Source: an uncultured bacterium
Lineage (GTDB): Bacteria > Acidobacteriota > HRBIN11 > JAKEFK01
Direction of reading: 5' to 3'
Length of the DNA: 64,000 bases
NCBI GenBank assembly: GCA_963777505.1
Contig: CAVZQN010000010.1
Coordinates: 38,003 to 102,002, forward strand
The first letter of the stretch is position 1. The number at the start of each line of letters is the position of its first letter. Positions 20,241 to 31,082 of this stretch are shown one piece after another. The translations under genes were made by a program, and so were the position numbers. Below the pieces are notes generated by a model. It made no database searches. It saw only the letters and a program-made list of their open reading frames with translations, and had not been told where the DNA came from.

Positions 20241-23034
20241 ATGCCCTCATTTACCAACCCATGGTTGCTTTTACTTGCACCCCCTCTTGTTTTTTTGACA
20301 TGGAAGATTGGAAGGCAAAGTTTTGCTGAAGGCGGAATTGCTCGTCACCGATTTTGGTTCTTTCTTCGATCGCTAATTTTGCTCATTCTGGTTTCAGCGC
20401 TAGCTGGTCTTCATTGGAAAACTCCCGTACAAAGAAAGCAGGTGATGTTTGTTATGGATGTCTCTGCAAGCATCAGCGCCGCGCAAAGAGAACGAAGTCT
20501 GCAATGGATGAATCAGTCGCTGCGAAAACTGAAATTACCGGATCAAACAGGAATCGTTCTTTTTGGATCAGGAGCAGCAATTGAACGTTTCCCTGGAACG
20601 CCAAGAATGATCGAGCGTCCCGAATCAAGCGTTGACGATTCTGCGACAAACCTTCAAGAAGCAATCCGTTTAGCGGAAGCAGCTTTTGCGCCAGGGTATC
20701 AAAAAAACATCGTAATCCTGTCTGATGGAAACGAAAACACAGGCGATTCGTCTGAAGTAATTCGTACAGCACGGGAGCGGGGAACTATTTTTCAGGCGCT
20801 CTACTTGAAACCAGCAGATTTGCCTGAAGCTTCAGTTGAAAGTGTGAGGATTCCAGAACAAATCGGCTTGAAACAAAATTTCGATCTTGATGTTGTCCTT
20901 TCGAGCAATCGAGATACGCCTTCCATTGTTCAGGTCTACAGAAACGGCGCATTGATTCAAGAGGGTTCGTTGCAACTCACCAAAAATAAGAAAGAACTGA
21001 TCCGGCTTCCTCAAAAACTTTCTGAATCTGGAATGTACCGATATGAAATCAAATTAAAACCGTCAGAAGACTATCAATCAGCAAACAACTCGCGAGAAGT
21101 TTGGGTTGCTGTTCAAGGTCCTCCAAAATTGCTTCTTGCAGATGCAAATCCTGAAGAACTGGAGCCGTTGTCATCGGCGCTAAGAAACCGAGGGTTTCAA
21201 ACTCAATTAACCGGCATCTCAGGTTTTCCAATAACAATTCAGGACATGCTCCAATATCAGGCAATTTTCTTGCGGAATATCCCTGCGCCGAATCTTCAGC
21301 GTCAGATGCCTTTGCTTAAACAATATGTACATGACTTTGGCGGCGGCTTCATTATGTTAGGAGGGCGTGGAAGTTTTGGTCCTGGCGGTTACTACCATAC
21401 GCCGGTTGAAGAAATTCTTCCTGTGCGAATGGACCTGCAAAACAAAAAATATCTCGCCGATGTTGCAATGGTAATCGTTATCGATAAATCAGGAAGTATG
21501 ACATTTGCGGAACGAGGCCGCCAGAAAATCGATTTAGCAGATGAAGGTGGAGCACGTGTAGTTTCGCTTTTGAAAGATACTGACCAGTTCGGAGCTATTG
21601 CAGTGGATTCCGTTCCCAAGTGGGCTTTTGAATTGCAGAAATTAAACTAGCAAACAGCAAGCGATTGAAGCAGTGACTTCAATTCGCGCTGGCGGTGGCG
21701 GAATTTATGTTTATTCCGGACTTGTGGAAGCATACCAGGCGCTCAGGAAAGTTGATGCAACGGTTAAGCATGTAGTTCTATTTGCCGACACAGCCGATTG
21801 TGAAGAAAAGGAAGGACCTGGAGGCGAATCTTCTCTTGCGCTCGCACAACGCTATTTACAGAATTTCAAAATCACAACGACAACGATTGGCATTGGAAAT
21901 AATGGAGATCCCGACGTTCCATTTTTAGATCAGCTTGCCGTGGCGGGCGATGGCCGATTTTACTTTACAAATGATATGTTTACGCTGCCGCAGATCTTTA
22001 CACAGGAATCGGCTCTTGTTCAACGGTATTACATTAACGAAGAGCAATTTACTCCGGCATTTGGTGAGAGCGATCCCGTTCTTGCGGGAATTGATGCTGT
22101 TCCAGATTTGCTTGGATATGTTGCGACAACTGTAAAACCATCCGCGAACCTTGCACTCAGTTCTCCACGAGATGAACCTGTACTTGCATTTTGGCGGCAC
22201 GGATTAGGACAATCCGCAGCATTTACATCGGATCCTACTTCAGCCTGGGGACGATTATGGCTCCAATGGCCTGAATATGAACGCTTCTGGTCGCAGCTCG
22301 CACGATGGACTGCACGCGCGACAACGCCTCCAAACTTCGAAACAACCTTCTCTCCCACAAGTCATAGTACTACAATTGTAGTAGACGCTATTGATCCGGA
22401 AGGCCGTTTGATTTCAGATGCTTCCTTTCATGCCGTTCTAATTGATTCCGAAGGAAGACAGCAGACGCTTCAATTGTCCCAAACAAGTCCAGGACGTTAT
22501 GAAGTCAATGTTTCAACAAAAGGAAGCATGATCGGAAAAATATTTCGTGAAAAAGATGGCAGGATCATTGAAGAACAAGTTGTGCATTTTGCAGGGACTC
22601 CCAACCTTGAAACTGCGTCAGATATGAGTGGATTGGCTCGCCTTAAACAAATAATTCCGGATACATATGATTCACCAGAACAGTTGCGGTTTCGCGAACT
22701 GGCTTCCTTTGACATTCAACCTTTGAGAAACACTTTGTTGTGGATTGCTGCATTTTTGTTTCTCTTTGATGTTGCGGCTCGAAAACTTGATTTCCAGCGG
22801 CTTCGAACTTCACATGCAATTCCAAAGGTGCCGGCAAAAGAGACAACACCACTTACGCAACTAAAAACGATCAAAATTCCGAAAGCCGAACACACTGTAC
22901 CGATTGAAATCATTCCCGCTCTTGAGGAACCCGAGCCTCAGGTTGCTCCCACGCAACAAACCGCTGCGGCTAACTCGGATTATCTCGAGCGATTGAAAAA
23001 AGCGAAACGAAAATCATCGTCGGAGCGGCTCTAA
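20241..23034 (+). CDS. vWA + Ig + GATase-like + vWA membrane protein, split by a +1 frameshift near 21645
   Basis: FTNPWLLLL N-terminus, DVSASIS and DKSGSM MIDAS-like motifs, GGRGSFGPGGY; removing one A from ttaaact joins ORFs 20241..21650 and 21673..23034. Confidence 0.85.
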
Positions 23035-23063
23035 GAGCCGCCCGAATTGCTTATCGATAAGAC

Positions 23064-23088
23064 GGGCTGGTCCAAGACCCGCCCCTAC
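23064..23088. repeat. Single GTAG-type REP (minus orientation)
   Basis: gggctggtccaagacccgcccctac. Confidence 0.6.
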
Positions 23089-23135
23089 TCTCAAACTTTG
23101 CCGACACGGGACGAATGGGTTATTCTTATGGGCTT

Positions 23136-25011
23136 ATGAGAAATTTTCGCGAGGAACTTGCCTACGGAATTCTGCTCTGTGATGGAGCTATGGGCACCAT
23201 GCTTTATCAGCGCGGAATTTTTATCAATCGTTGTTTTGACGAACTCAATCTTTCCGCACCCGATCTTGTGAGTGAAGTTCATAAATCCTATGTAAAAGCT
23301 GGTGTCGACATCATCGAAACTAATACTTTCGGAGCCAATCACTTCAAGCTTCTTTTTCATGGTTTTGAAGGCAAATTGAAAGACATCAATTTACGTGGTG
23401 CGCAAATTGCGAAAGCTGTTGCGGGTAAAGAAACTTTTGTAGCAGGAGCGATCGGTCCTTTGGGTGTGCCAATCGAACCGATCGGAAAACTTGCATATGA
23501 AGAGGCTAAAGATGCTTTTAAGATGCAAATTCTGCCCTTGCTTGAAGGTGGTGTTGACTTATTCATGCTTGAAACATTTTCCAGACTGGAAGAATTGGAG
23601 CAAGCAATTCTTGCAGTCCGGGAATTGTGTGATTTGCCGATTATCGCGCAGATGACGATTACGGATGATGGGAACACTCCGCTTGGTGATACACCCGAAA
23701 CGATTGTGCAGAAACTTGCTCATTACAAAGTGGATGTACTGGGTTTGAATTGCAGCGTTGGCCCTCAAATTATGCTGGAAAGCATTAAAAGAATGGCCAG
23801 TTTTACTAAAATTCCGCTTGCCGCTCAGCCTAATGCAGGTTTTCCAAAACTTGTTGATGGCCGTTATATCTATTTATGCTCATCCGACTACATGTCGAAA
23901 TTTTCGAAACGATTCATTCAATCGGGTGTTCGAATTCTTGGAGGTTGTTGCGGTACAACTCCTGAACATATAAAGGCCATCAAAACAGTTGTTCGTGCGG
24001 TTCAACCTGCACGATTGTTTGTTGCGGCTGATAAGCCGAAAGAGACTACGTGCTCCAGCGGTGACTCCTGTTCCAACATCTCAAAAAACGGCCCTCTCTC
24101 ATAAACTTTCTGAAGGAAAATTTGCAATATCAGTAGAAATCGATCCACCGAAGGGCGTAGATCTTGCGAAAGTGATTGAAGGCGCAAAAATGCTTCATCG
24201 CGCAGGTGTGGATGTGATCAATATTGCAGATGGTCCGAGAGCCAGTGCACGGATGAGCCCAATGGCACTTGCTTCAATTTTCAAAACTCAGCTGGGTGTT
24301 GAAACGATCATTCATTATTGCTGCCGCGATCGAAATCTGTTAGGAATGCAAGCCGATTTAATCGGAGCTCATGCTCTGGGCTTACGGAATGTTTTGATGA
24401 TTACGGGTGATCCTCCGAAGATGGGCGATTATCCAAGCGCAACTGCTGTTTTTGATGTGGATTCAATCGGGCTGACTCAAATCGCAAATCGGTTGAATCA
24501 AGGTTTAGATCTCGCAGGAAATCCGATTGGCGCTCCTACCGCATTACATATTGGCGTTGGCGCCAATCCAGGTGCTCTCAATCTCGATGAAGAAATGAAA
24601 CGCTTCTACTACAAGGTGGAGGCTGGAGCAGAATACTTAATGACGCAGCCGGTATACGATATTCAGCTTTTTGAAAATTTTATTAACCGAATTCATGATG
24701 TGAAAATTCCGATTCTGGTTGGCATTTTTCCACTTGCGTCAGCGAAAAATGCTGAATTTCTGCATAACGAAGTTCCTGGAATGTCGGTGCCTGAAGAGAT
24801 CCGCAAACGGATGCATAATGCCGGAAATGGAGACGCAGGACGAGCTGAAGGGATCAGAATTGCACAGGAAGCTTTGCTTGCGATTTCACCCATGGTTCAA
24901 GGCGCTTATATCATGCCTCCATTCAATCGTTTTGATATGGCACTGGAAGTTTTGCAGGCGCTTCCTTCATTCACGCAAACCAGCCGCGCTGCTGCGAACG
25001 AACCTCGTTGA
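23136..25011 (+). CDS. yitJ: Bifunctional homocysteine S-methyltransferase / methylenetetrahydrofolate reductase, +1 frameshift near 24045
   Basis: DGAMGT, ETNTFGAN, GLNCSVGP, GGCCGTTPEHI; then VEIDPPKG, NIADGPRA, CRDRN, ITGDP, TQPVYD. Confidence 0.9.
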
Positions 25012-26609
25012 AACAACTTTCTTCATTGTTCCGATCACAACACAATCCCGATTCATACACGCATTATGTTGCGCTCGGTGATAGCATGTCCATCGATGAC
25101 TATCCTGGTAAAGACAAAGGAGCTGTTTCACTACTTTACAGAAACCAGGACACTCTCTTTCCTGAGTTTCAAGGACGCGATCTAAAAACTCTCTACCCCG
25201 AAATACAATTTCAAAATCTTGCTCTCGATGGAGCCACAACAATACATGTCTTACACGAACAACTTGGAAGGATTAAAGCACCGCGAGATCAACGAACACT
25301 TTTTACTTTAACAGCTGGCGGAAACGACATTCTCTTAGGACAAGATGCCAATGCGATCGTGAATCGTCTTGAAATAATTGTTAATAAAATAATCCGGGAA
25401 TATCCTCATTGCGATTTGATTATTGGAACAATTTACGATCCTACTGATGGCGTGAAGGATTTATTTGAAGATGGAAGAGATATGACGCGCGAATATGAAA
25501 TTTTAACAATCGTAAATGAAACAATCAGACAGTTCGGAAAACATTCCAATGTGAGCGTGATCGATATTTACTCACATTTTTTAGGACATGGTTCTCATTG
25601 CAAGGATTCCAATAATCCTTATTACAAGCCGGAAGATCCATCGTTATGGTATGTTTTAACAATTGAGCCGAATATTCGTGGCGCGCATGAAATCCGGCGC
25701 CTGTTTTGGAAGGCTTTACATCCTGAATCTGCTTCCATGAAAGCTAAATCCACATTCAAAGAATTACGGGAAAGGCTCAGCTCATTCCAGATTACTCAGG
25801 CAGCCAATCGGACGTTTGATTTAAGCCTTACTGAAGAAGAGCTAGAAAAGGAGCTCATGAGCGATCATGGCTCTAACAGGTTGCTTGAGCGTTTTTCAGA
25901 TAAGGAAGTTGTCTCGGCTTTAAAAGATTACAAAGTCTGGGATCTACTTGCGGAGAAGGGATACAAAAATCCGAGATTGTTAATTCGTAGTATTGATCCG
26001 TTCCGTCAAACCGTAAAAATCCTGGATGATGCTTCATCACCTGAAGATGAGGAACATACACTCTGCGAGTTGCGCATTTTTGATGCGCACTTGAAAGGAC
26101 CCTGCCCGACCAACAACGAAGTCATCGAGGTCGATGCGCTTGTAATCGATTGGTTGGTTTTTCAAAATCCGCGTGCGAAATTTACGCAGGAACGACAGCG
26201 GCTTCCCGGTCAGAAATTTCCAGGCCTTGGCATCATGGCACGTTGCATGACAGCTATCCTGGATCTTGCAAAACAGACGGGAAAGGAAGCTGTGATTAAC
26301 ATTCCTGAGTATTATCACAATGCAGTTTTGTATAAACCTGCATTCTGTTTCTTCTCGCCTTTTGTTGAAGGAAGATTTCAGGCGTTACAAGAATTCCTGA
26401 AGAACTTAAGTCTTGCGGATGCTTCCCATGCAGTTACAAATGGTCTGGTTTGGAATGAAACCAAAAATGAATTATTCACATGGAAACCGCACGAACAAAT
26501 GTTAGGAATTTCGCCAAAGATAAAAACATATTTCGAATCAGATACTTATAAAAATCAAGTGCGTGAAGCTAAAGAACAATCAAAATTTAGTTTGGTTAAG
26601 AACGGGTAA
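25008..26609 (+). CDS. SGNH/GDSL-like hydrolase fused to a GNAT-like C-terminal domain
   Basis: ALGDSMS and TAGGND blocks; C-terminal WLVFQNP...LPGQKFPGLG...PEYYHNAVLY. Confidence 0.7.
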   Translation: MKQLSSLFRSQHNPDSYTHYVALGDSMSIDDYPGKDKGAVSLLYRNQDTLFPEFQGRDLKTLYPEIQFQNLALDGATTIHVLHEQLGRIKAPRDQRTLFTLTAGGNDILLGQDANAIVNRLEIIVNKIIREYPHCDLIIGTIYDPTDGVKDLFEDGRDMTREYEILTIVNETIRQFGKHSNVSVIDIYSHFLGHGSHCKDSNNPYYKPEDPSLWYVLTIEPNIRGAHEIRRLFWKALHPESASMKAKSTFKELRERLSSFQITQAANRTFDLSLTEEELEKELMSDHGSNRLLERFSDKEVVSALKDYKVWDLLAEKGYKNPRLLIRSIDPFRQTVKILDDASSPEDEEHTLCELRIFDAHLKGPCPTNNEVIEVDALVIDWLVFQNPRAKFTQERQRLPGQKFPGLGIMARCMTAILDLAKQTGKEAVINIPEYYHNAVLYKPAFCFFSPFVEGRFQALQEFLKNLSLADASHAVTNGLVWNETKNELFTWKPHEQMLGISPKIKTYFESDTYKNQVREAKEQSKFSLVKNG

Positions 26610-26661
26610 ACCATAACTCTTTGCGTTTACGCGGCGAGTTTATCCACCCAAGGGAGAAAAA

Positions 26662-28467
26662 ATGAAGCGCGCCATCAAATGGACTTTGTTGCTGTTATTA
26701 GTCGTGGGAGCTATATGGATCACTAACTTAATCTGGTTCCGGCCGTTCAATGTCAATCATTTTTATGAGCGAATTTTTATTGAGTTCGCACTGAAGAATC
26801 CCGAACTCCTCAGCAGCCTTCGCATGCTCGAACCGATGGGGATCAATTTTCATAATGATGATCTGAATGACGGCTCCGATGCTTTTGCGCATGAACTCAA
26901 CGCACTGATGAAAAAAGATCTCGATATGCTGAGGAAATATGACCGCGCTTCGCAGAATCCAGACCAACAACTTTCATACGGCATCCTTGAATGGTTTCTT
27001 GAAAACCAGGTGAAGGGTCAAAAGTATATGTACCATAACTACCCTTTGAACCAGCTTGCGGGTGTTCAAAGCGAGCTTCCTTCTTTTATGGCTTCCATTC
27101 ATTACATAGGCAACAAGAAAGATGCTGAAAACTATGTAAAACGATTGTCCAAGTTTGACACGAGATTCGATCAGGAATTGGAAGGACTCAGAATTCGGGA
27201 AAGGAAGAATATCATTCCACCGAAATTCGTAATCTCAAAAGTTTTGACAGAGATGCGGAATTTTTCAAATCAAAAACCGGCTGAAAACATTTTATTTACT
27301 TCATTTCAAGAACGAGTCAAGAAATTATCGGACTTGAATGATTCAGAAAAGAAAGAATTGAATCAGGCTGTACAGAATGAAATCAAGAACACTGTATATC
27401 CTTCGTACGAAAAATTAATTCAATACTTCGAGCAATTGGAATCGAAAGCCAATACTGATGATGGTGTCTGGAAACTTCCCGATGGTGCGGCTTTTTATGC
27501 GTACATGCTTGAAAACCACACAACGACCAAGATGTCACCCGAAGAAGTTCACGCGCTTGGCCTTCAGGAAGTCAATCGTATTCAAAGCGAAATGCGGACA
27601 ATTCTGGATGGATTAGGTTTAACCGGAAAGAGCTTATCAGAACATATGACTGACTTGCGCAATGATCCCCGTTTTCAATTTGCAAATACGGATGATGGAC
27701 GAAAACAATGCCTTGTGGAATATCAGCAAATCATTGATGAAATTGATCAGGGCATGAATAAAGTTTTTGATGTTCGTCCTGCAATTGGAGTCAAAGTGGA
27801 AAGAATTCCTGAATTCAAAGAAGTTACGAATTCAGGTGGTTACTATGAGCCTCCTTCTTTAGATGGCGCAAGGAAGGGAGCTTTCTTTGCAAACTTACGA
27901 GATATGAGCGAAGTTCCACGCTGGAGTATGCGAACGCTTGCATATCATGAAGCGATACCGGGACATCATTTCCAAATTGCAGTGCAGCAAGAAATAAAAG
28001 GCGTTCCAACATTTCGCAAAATTATTCCGTTTACTTCTTACATTGAAGGCTGGGCTTTGTATGCGGAACGTCTTGCATGGGAAGAAGGTTACCAAAAGGA
28101 TCCATATAGCAATCTCGGCAGACTTCAAGATGAATTACTGCGTTCTACAAGACTTGTGTGCGACACTGGCATTCATGCAAAGCGATGGACCCGCGAACAA
28201 GCAATTCAATATATGCAAGAAAACACAGGATTGGGTGAACTTGAAATTACTTCGGAAGTTGAACGTTACATCGTAAGCCCCGGCCAGGCGACAGCCTACA
28301 AAGTTGGACAACTTAAGATTCTTCAATTGCGTGAAAAAGCGAAACAAAAGCTTGGCGATAAATTCAACATGAAAGAATTTCACAATGTGGTTCTACGAAA
28401 CGGCGCAATGCCCCTTCAAATCCTGGAACAACAAGTCGACCAATTCATCTCCGCGTCTCTGCGGTAA
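26662..28467 (+). CDS. DUF885 family protein (putative metallopeptidase)
   Basis: HEAIPGHHFQ, EGWALYAE, RLVCDTGIH, EVERY, PGQATAYKVG. Confidence 0.93.
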   Translation: MKRAIKWTLLLLLVVGAIWITNLIWFRPFNVNHFYERIFIEFALKNPELLSSLRMLEPMGINFHNDDLNDGSDAFAHELNALMKKDLDMLRKYDRASQNPDQQLSYGILEWFLENQVKGQKYMYHNYPLNQLAGVQSELPSFMASIHYIGNKKDAENYVKRLSKFDTRFDQELEGLRIRERKNIIPPKFVISKVLTEMRNFSNQKPAENILFTSFQERVKKLSDLNDSEKKELNQAVQNEIKNTVYPSYEKLIQYFEQLESKANTDDGVWKLPDGAAFYAYMLENHTTTKMSPEEVHALGLQEVNRIQSEMRTILDGLGLTGKSLSEHMTDLRNDPRFQFANTDDGRKQCLVEYQQIIDEIDQGMNKVFDVRPAIGVKVERIPEFKEVTNSGGYYEPPSLDGARKGAFFANLRDMSEVPRWSMRTLAYHEAIPGHHFQIAVQQEIKGVPTFRKIIPFTSYIEGWALYAERLAWEEGYQKDPYSNLGRLQDELLRSTRLVCDTGIHAKRWTREQAIQYMQENTGLGELEITSEVERYIVSPGQATAYKVGQLKILQLREKAKQKLGDKFNMKEFHNVVLRNGAMPLQILEQQVDQFISASLR

Positions 28468-28477
28468 AAGATCCGCA

Positions 28478-28532
28478 GGGATGCGGACGAGACGTCCGCG
28501 ATCCCTGATGCAGACGGGACGTCTGCGCTCCC
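28478..28532. repeat. Tandem REP-like hairpins between convergent genes
   Basis: gcggacgagacgtccgc and gcagacgggacgtctgc. Confidence 0.75.
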
Positions 28533-29315
28533 TTACGAGCCGCGGCTGAGATTGATCATTTTATGCGCCATTCGTCTATAGACTGAATTGGGAAGCGCAC
28601 GTACAACATGGAAAAGTAATTTCATGCGGAATGGATAAATATAGCTTGTCTTCCGTTTCGCTACAGCACGGATCATCAATTCTGCCGCCTTATCAGGCTG
28701 CATCAACCAGAATCTGCGCGGATTATCTTGATTAATCGGTGTATCGACAAAACCTGGATAAATCGTAGTAAATTGAATTTCTAAAAGCTCAGCCGCAAGG
28801 CTTTCAATAAAAGCTTCAAGAGCAACTTTCGTCGTGCTGTACGCTGTACGGCCTGGCAATCCGCGCATAGCCGCTGCTGAACTTAAAGCAACAATGGCTC
28901 CCGATTTCTGTTTGGTCATCTGCTGCAAGCATGCCATCGTTGTATAGATCGCACCATTTAGATTTGTTGCGATCGTATCTTCTACAAGTTGCCAATCCCA
29001 GTTTTGAAATGATGTTTCTCCGCTGATGCCGCTGTTAACCCATGCTACATCAAGCCTTCCTGCTTCCTTTACAAATCCATCAACACATTCTTCAACTTGC
29101 TGGCGAACCTGGACATCACAAGCCCGGATCCAAAAACGGCTTCCCGTAGTTTTCAAAGAAGCTTCAAGATCTTTCATTGGATCAACGCGACGACTTAATA
29201 AACCAAAATGGATTTTGTATGGAGCCAGAGCTTTGACAATTGCAGCACCAAGACCGGAAGATGCGCCAGTAATCAACACAGCACGATTGGACCAATATTT
29301 TTCAAGGTAGTTCAA
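28533..29315 (-). CDS. SDR family oxidoreductase
   Basis: TGASSGLG, YSTTK, PGFVDT. Confidence 0.92.
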   Translation of the reverse strand: MNYLEKYWSNRAVLITGASSGLGAAIVKALAPYKIHFGLLSRRVDPMKDLEASLKTTGSRFWIRACDVQVRQQVEECVDGFVKEAGRLDVAWVNSGISGETSFQNWDWQLVEDTIATNLNGAIYTTMACLQQMTKQKSGAIVALSSAAAMRGLPGRTAYSTTKVALEAFIESLAAELLEIQFTTIYPGFVDTPINQDNPRRFWLMQPDKAAELMIRAVAKRKTSYIYPFRMKLLFHVVRALPNSVYRRMAHKMINLSRGS

Positions 29316-29379
29316 TGATGAACCTCTAGTTAATGACCAAGGCCCCGCCCTCGCTTCCCACTTCCGCAGGTTCGGGCCT

Positions 29380-30060
29380 TTAGGTTTTCATTACCCTTTC
29401 AATTAACTCATCAACGTCTTGTTCATTTAACGCATCAATTGCGACGGTAACAAATAATCCATTCACCTTAACAAACACATCGCGAACTAAATGATCCGAG
29501 GGCCGCGTCCCACCGGCAAATAATTTCTTATACAAACTGACGATCAAGCTATGATTTCCACCACACAGGTTACGTAAGATTCCACTAAAAAATTCGGAAC
29601 TGTCGGAAGCGTTTAATGTGATTTCGTACGGGTCAGGAGCAAAACGGCTGACGGTAAGTTCGGCCCACCACCACAATCGAGCAAAAGCATTTTCATCTAA
29701 AGAACCTAGATAACGTCTTCGGTTTGTTTGGCCACTAACAATATCGTAGTAGCGCCAACTGACATACTCAGGAAATCGGACCATCGAAAGAAAATGCCAG
29801 AACCTCATATCCGATGCAGCACGACGTGTGATCGGAAGCAGTTGATGTAAAGTTGCGCCCAGCTTTCCATCTGCTACGAGTTTCGTCATGGACGGATCCA
29901 AAGTAACCAACTCTAAGAATGCACTGATCTTGTCGTAAGGAGGGTCATTGCCATCCCCTAAGTAAAGGACCTTATCAGGTTTTACAGGTTTGGGCGGATT
30001 GGATCGCAAAAATGGCTCATTTGCGTAGACGATGCCGTGATCCAGCAAAGGCAATCTCAT
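29380..30060 (-). CDS. DUF6339-like hypothetical protein
   Basis: AASDMRFWHFLS...YVSWRY...RRYLG...NAFARLWWWAELT pattern, recognised from memory. Confidence 0.6.
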   Translation of the reverse strand: MRLPLLDHGIVYANEPFLRSNPPKPVKPDKVLYLGDGNDPPYDKISAFLELVTLDPSMTKLVADGKLGATLHQLLPITRRAASDMRFWHFLSMVRFPEYVSWRYYDIVSGQTNRRRYLGSLDENAFARLWWWAELTVSRFAPDPYEITLNASDSSEFFSGILRNLCGGNHSLIVSLYKKLFAGGTRPSDHLVRDVFVKVNGLFVTVAIDALNEQDVDELIERVMKT

Positions 30061-31082
30061 TCGTAGTATTCCGTCATTTGTTCTTCAGAAACTAAAGTTT
30101 GCATTAACGCATTGTGATGCGACAGCGTTCTTAAATGATGCTGAACACGCAATGTCAGTAATGTCTGAGAGCTACGGTCTTCGAAAGCAGATACAATTTC
30201 ATCCTGCGGTCGTTTGATCATGCGGGCGAGGGTTCGAATAATTTTCCGGGAAAGCACAACTGATGGATCTTCAGGGTCATCAATATCCAATTTTTCGATA
30301 TGACTCGCATATTCTGCAAGTTGAATCCAAACATCGGTAGCAATCATTGCAAACAATGCGTTTCGAATTCTTGCAGCTGTTCCTGTCTTGGTTCGAGACT
30401 CAAAAATTACTTTCAACGATGGATGACGATTGTTCAATCTCAAAATCGGGTGAGGCGGTTCGATGATGAGATGGTACATCGAATCTTGAATATCATCCTG
30501 AAACCGATGCCACAGAATTTCAATTCCAGCTCCTGGACTTTCCTGCGGTGGATCCACTTGAATATGCAATGGGAAACCAAGCGCTTGCCGTGATCCTTTC
30601 AAAGATGGCTTCAATACATCCGGCTTCACCTGATCTTCGGAGAGTAAAATCATCGGAGTCACGATAGCGTAACCCGCGATATCTTTTCTCAGAATTTTTA
30701 AAGGTAGAAATACGACCCCGGTGCTAAAGGATCGCGAAGATGCAGTACGCCATCGAGTTGCTTTACATAGAATATCGACAGCATACATACATGGAGGTGA
30801 AAAAAACTGAGAAGGATTTTCAACTGTTAGGCCGACCTGTAATTCAATCTGGTCCCATTCATGTCCGACAACCGTGAGATCCCATCTTGCCTGTGCATCA
30901 GTTATCCGCTTCTTGGACATTTTCCAATTCGGTTCATGAATTGGTTCGCCAACACGTTTTCCTTTTCGAAGAAAATGTGCCGTGAAATCCGCTTTCACTG
31001 CATCCGGTGACAATTCGTATGGCCAAACTGTTCGGCGTTCAACGGCATCTTTTAGCCAGTTCGGTGATTCTACAATATTCAT
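30057..31082 (-). CDS. Hypothetical protein, middle gene of the GHKL operon
   Basis: 341-aa ORF overlapping both neighbours by 4 nt (ATGA). Confidence 0.75.
   Translation of the reverse strand: MNIVESPNWLKDAVERRTVWPYELSPDAVKADFTAHFLRKGKRVGEPIHEPNWKMSKKRITDAQARWDLTVVGHEWDQIELQVGLTVENPSQFFSPPCMYAVDILCKATRWRTASSRSFSTGVVFLPLKILRKDIAGYAIVTPMILLSEDQVKPDVLKPSLKGSRQALGFPLHIQVDPPQESPGAGIEILWHRFQDDIQDSMYHLIIEPPHPILRLNNRHPSLKVIFESRTKTGTAARIRNALFAMIATDVWIQLAEYASHIEKLDIDDPEDPSVVLSRKIIRTLARMIKRPQDEIVSAFEDRSSQTLLTLRVQHHLRTLSHHNALMQTLVSEEQMTEYYE

Noticed and set aside
23989-24104. Programmed frameshift in yitJ
   Set aside because: No clear slippery heptamer; matches the window-wide single-indel pattern
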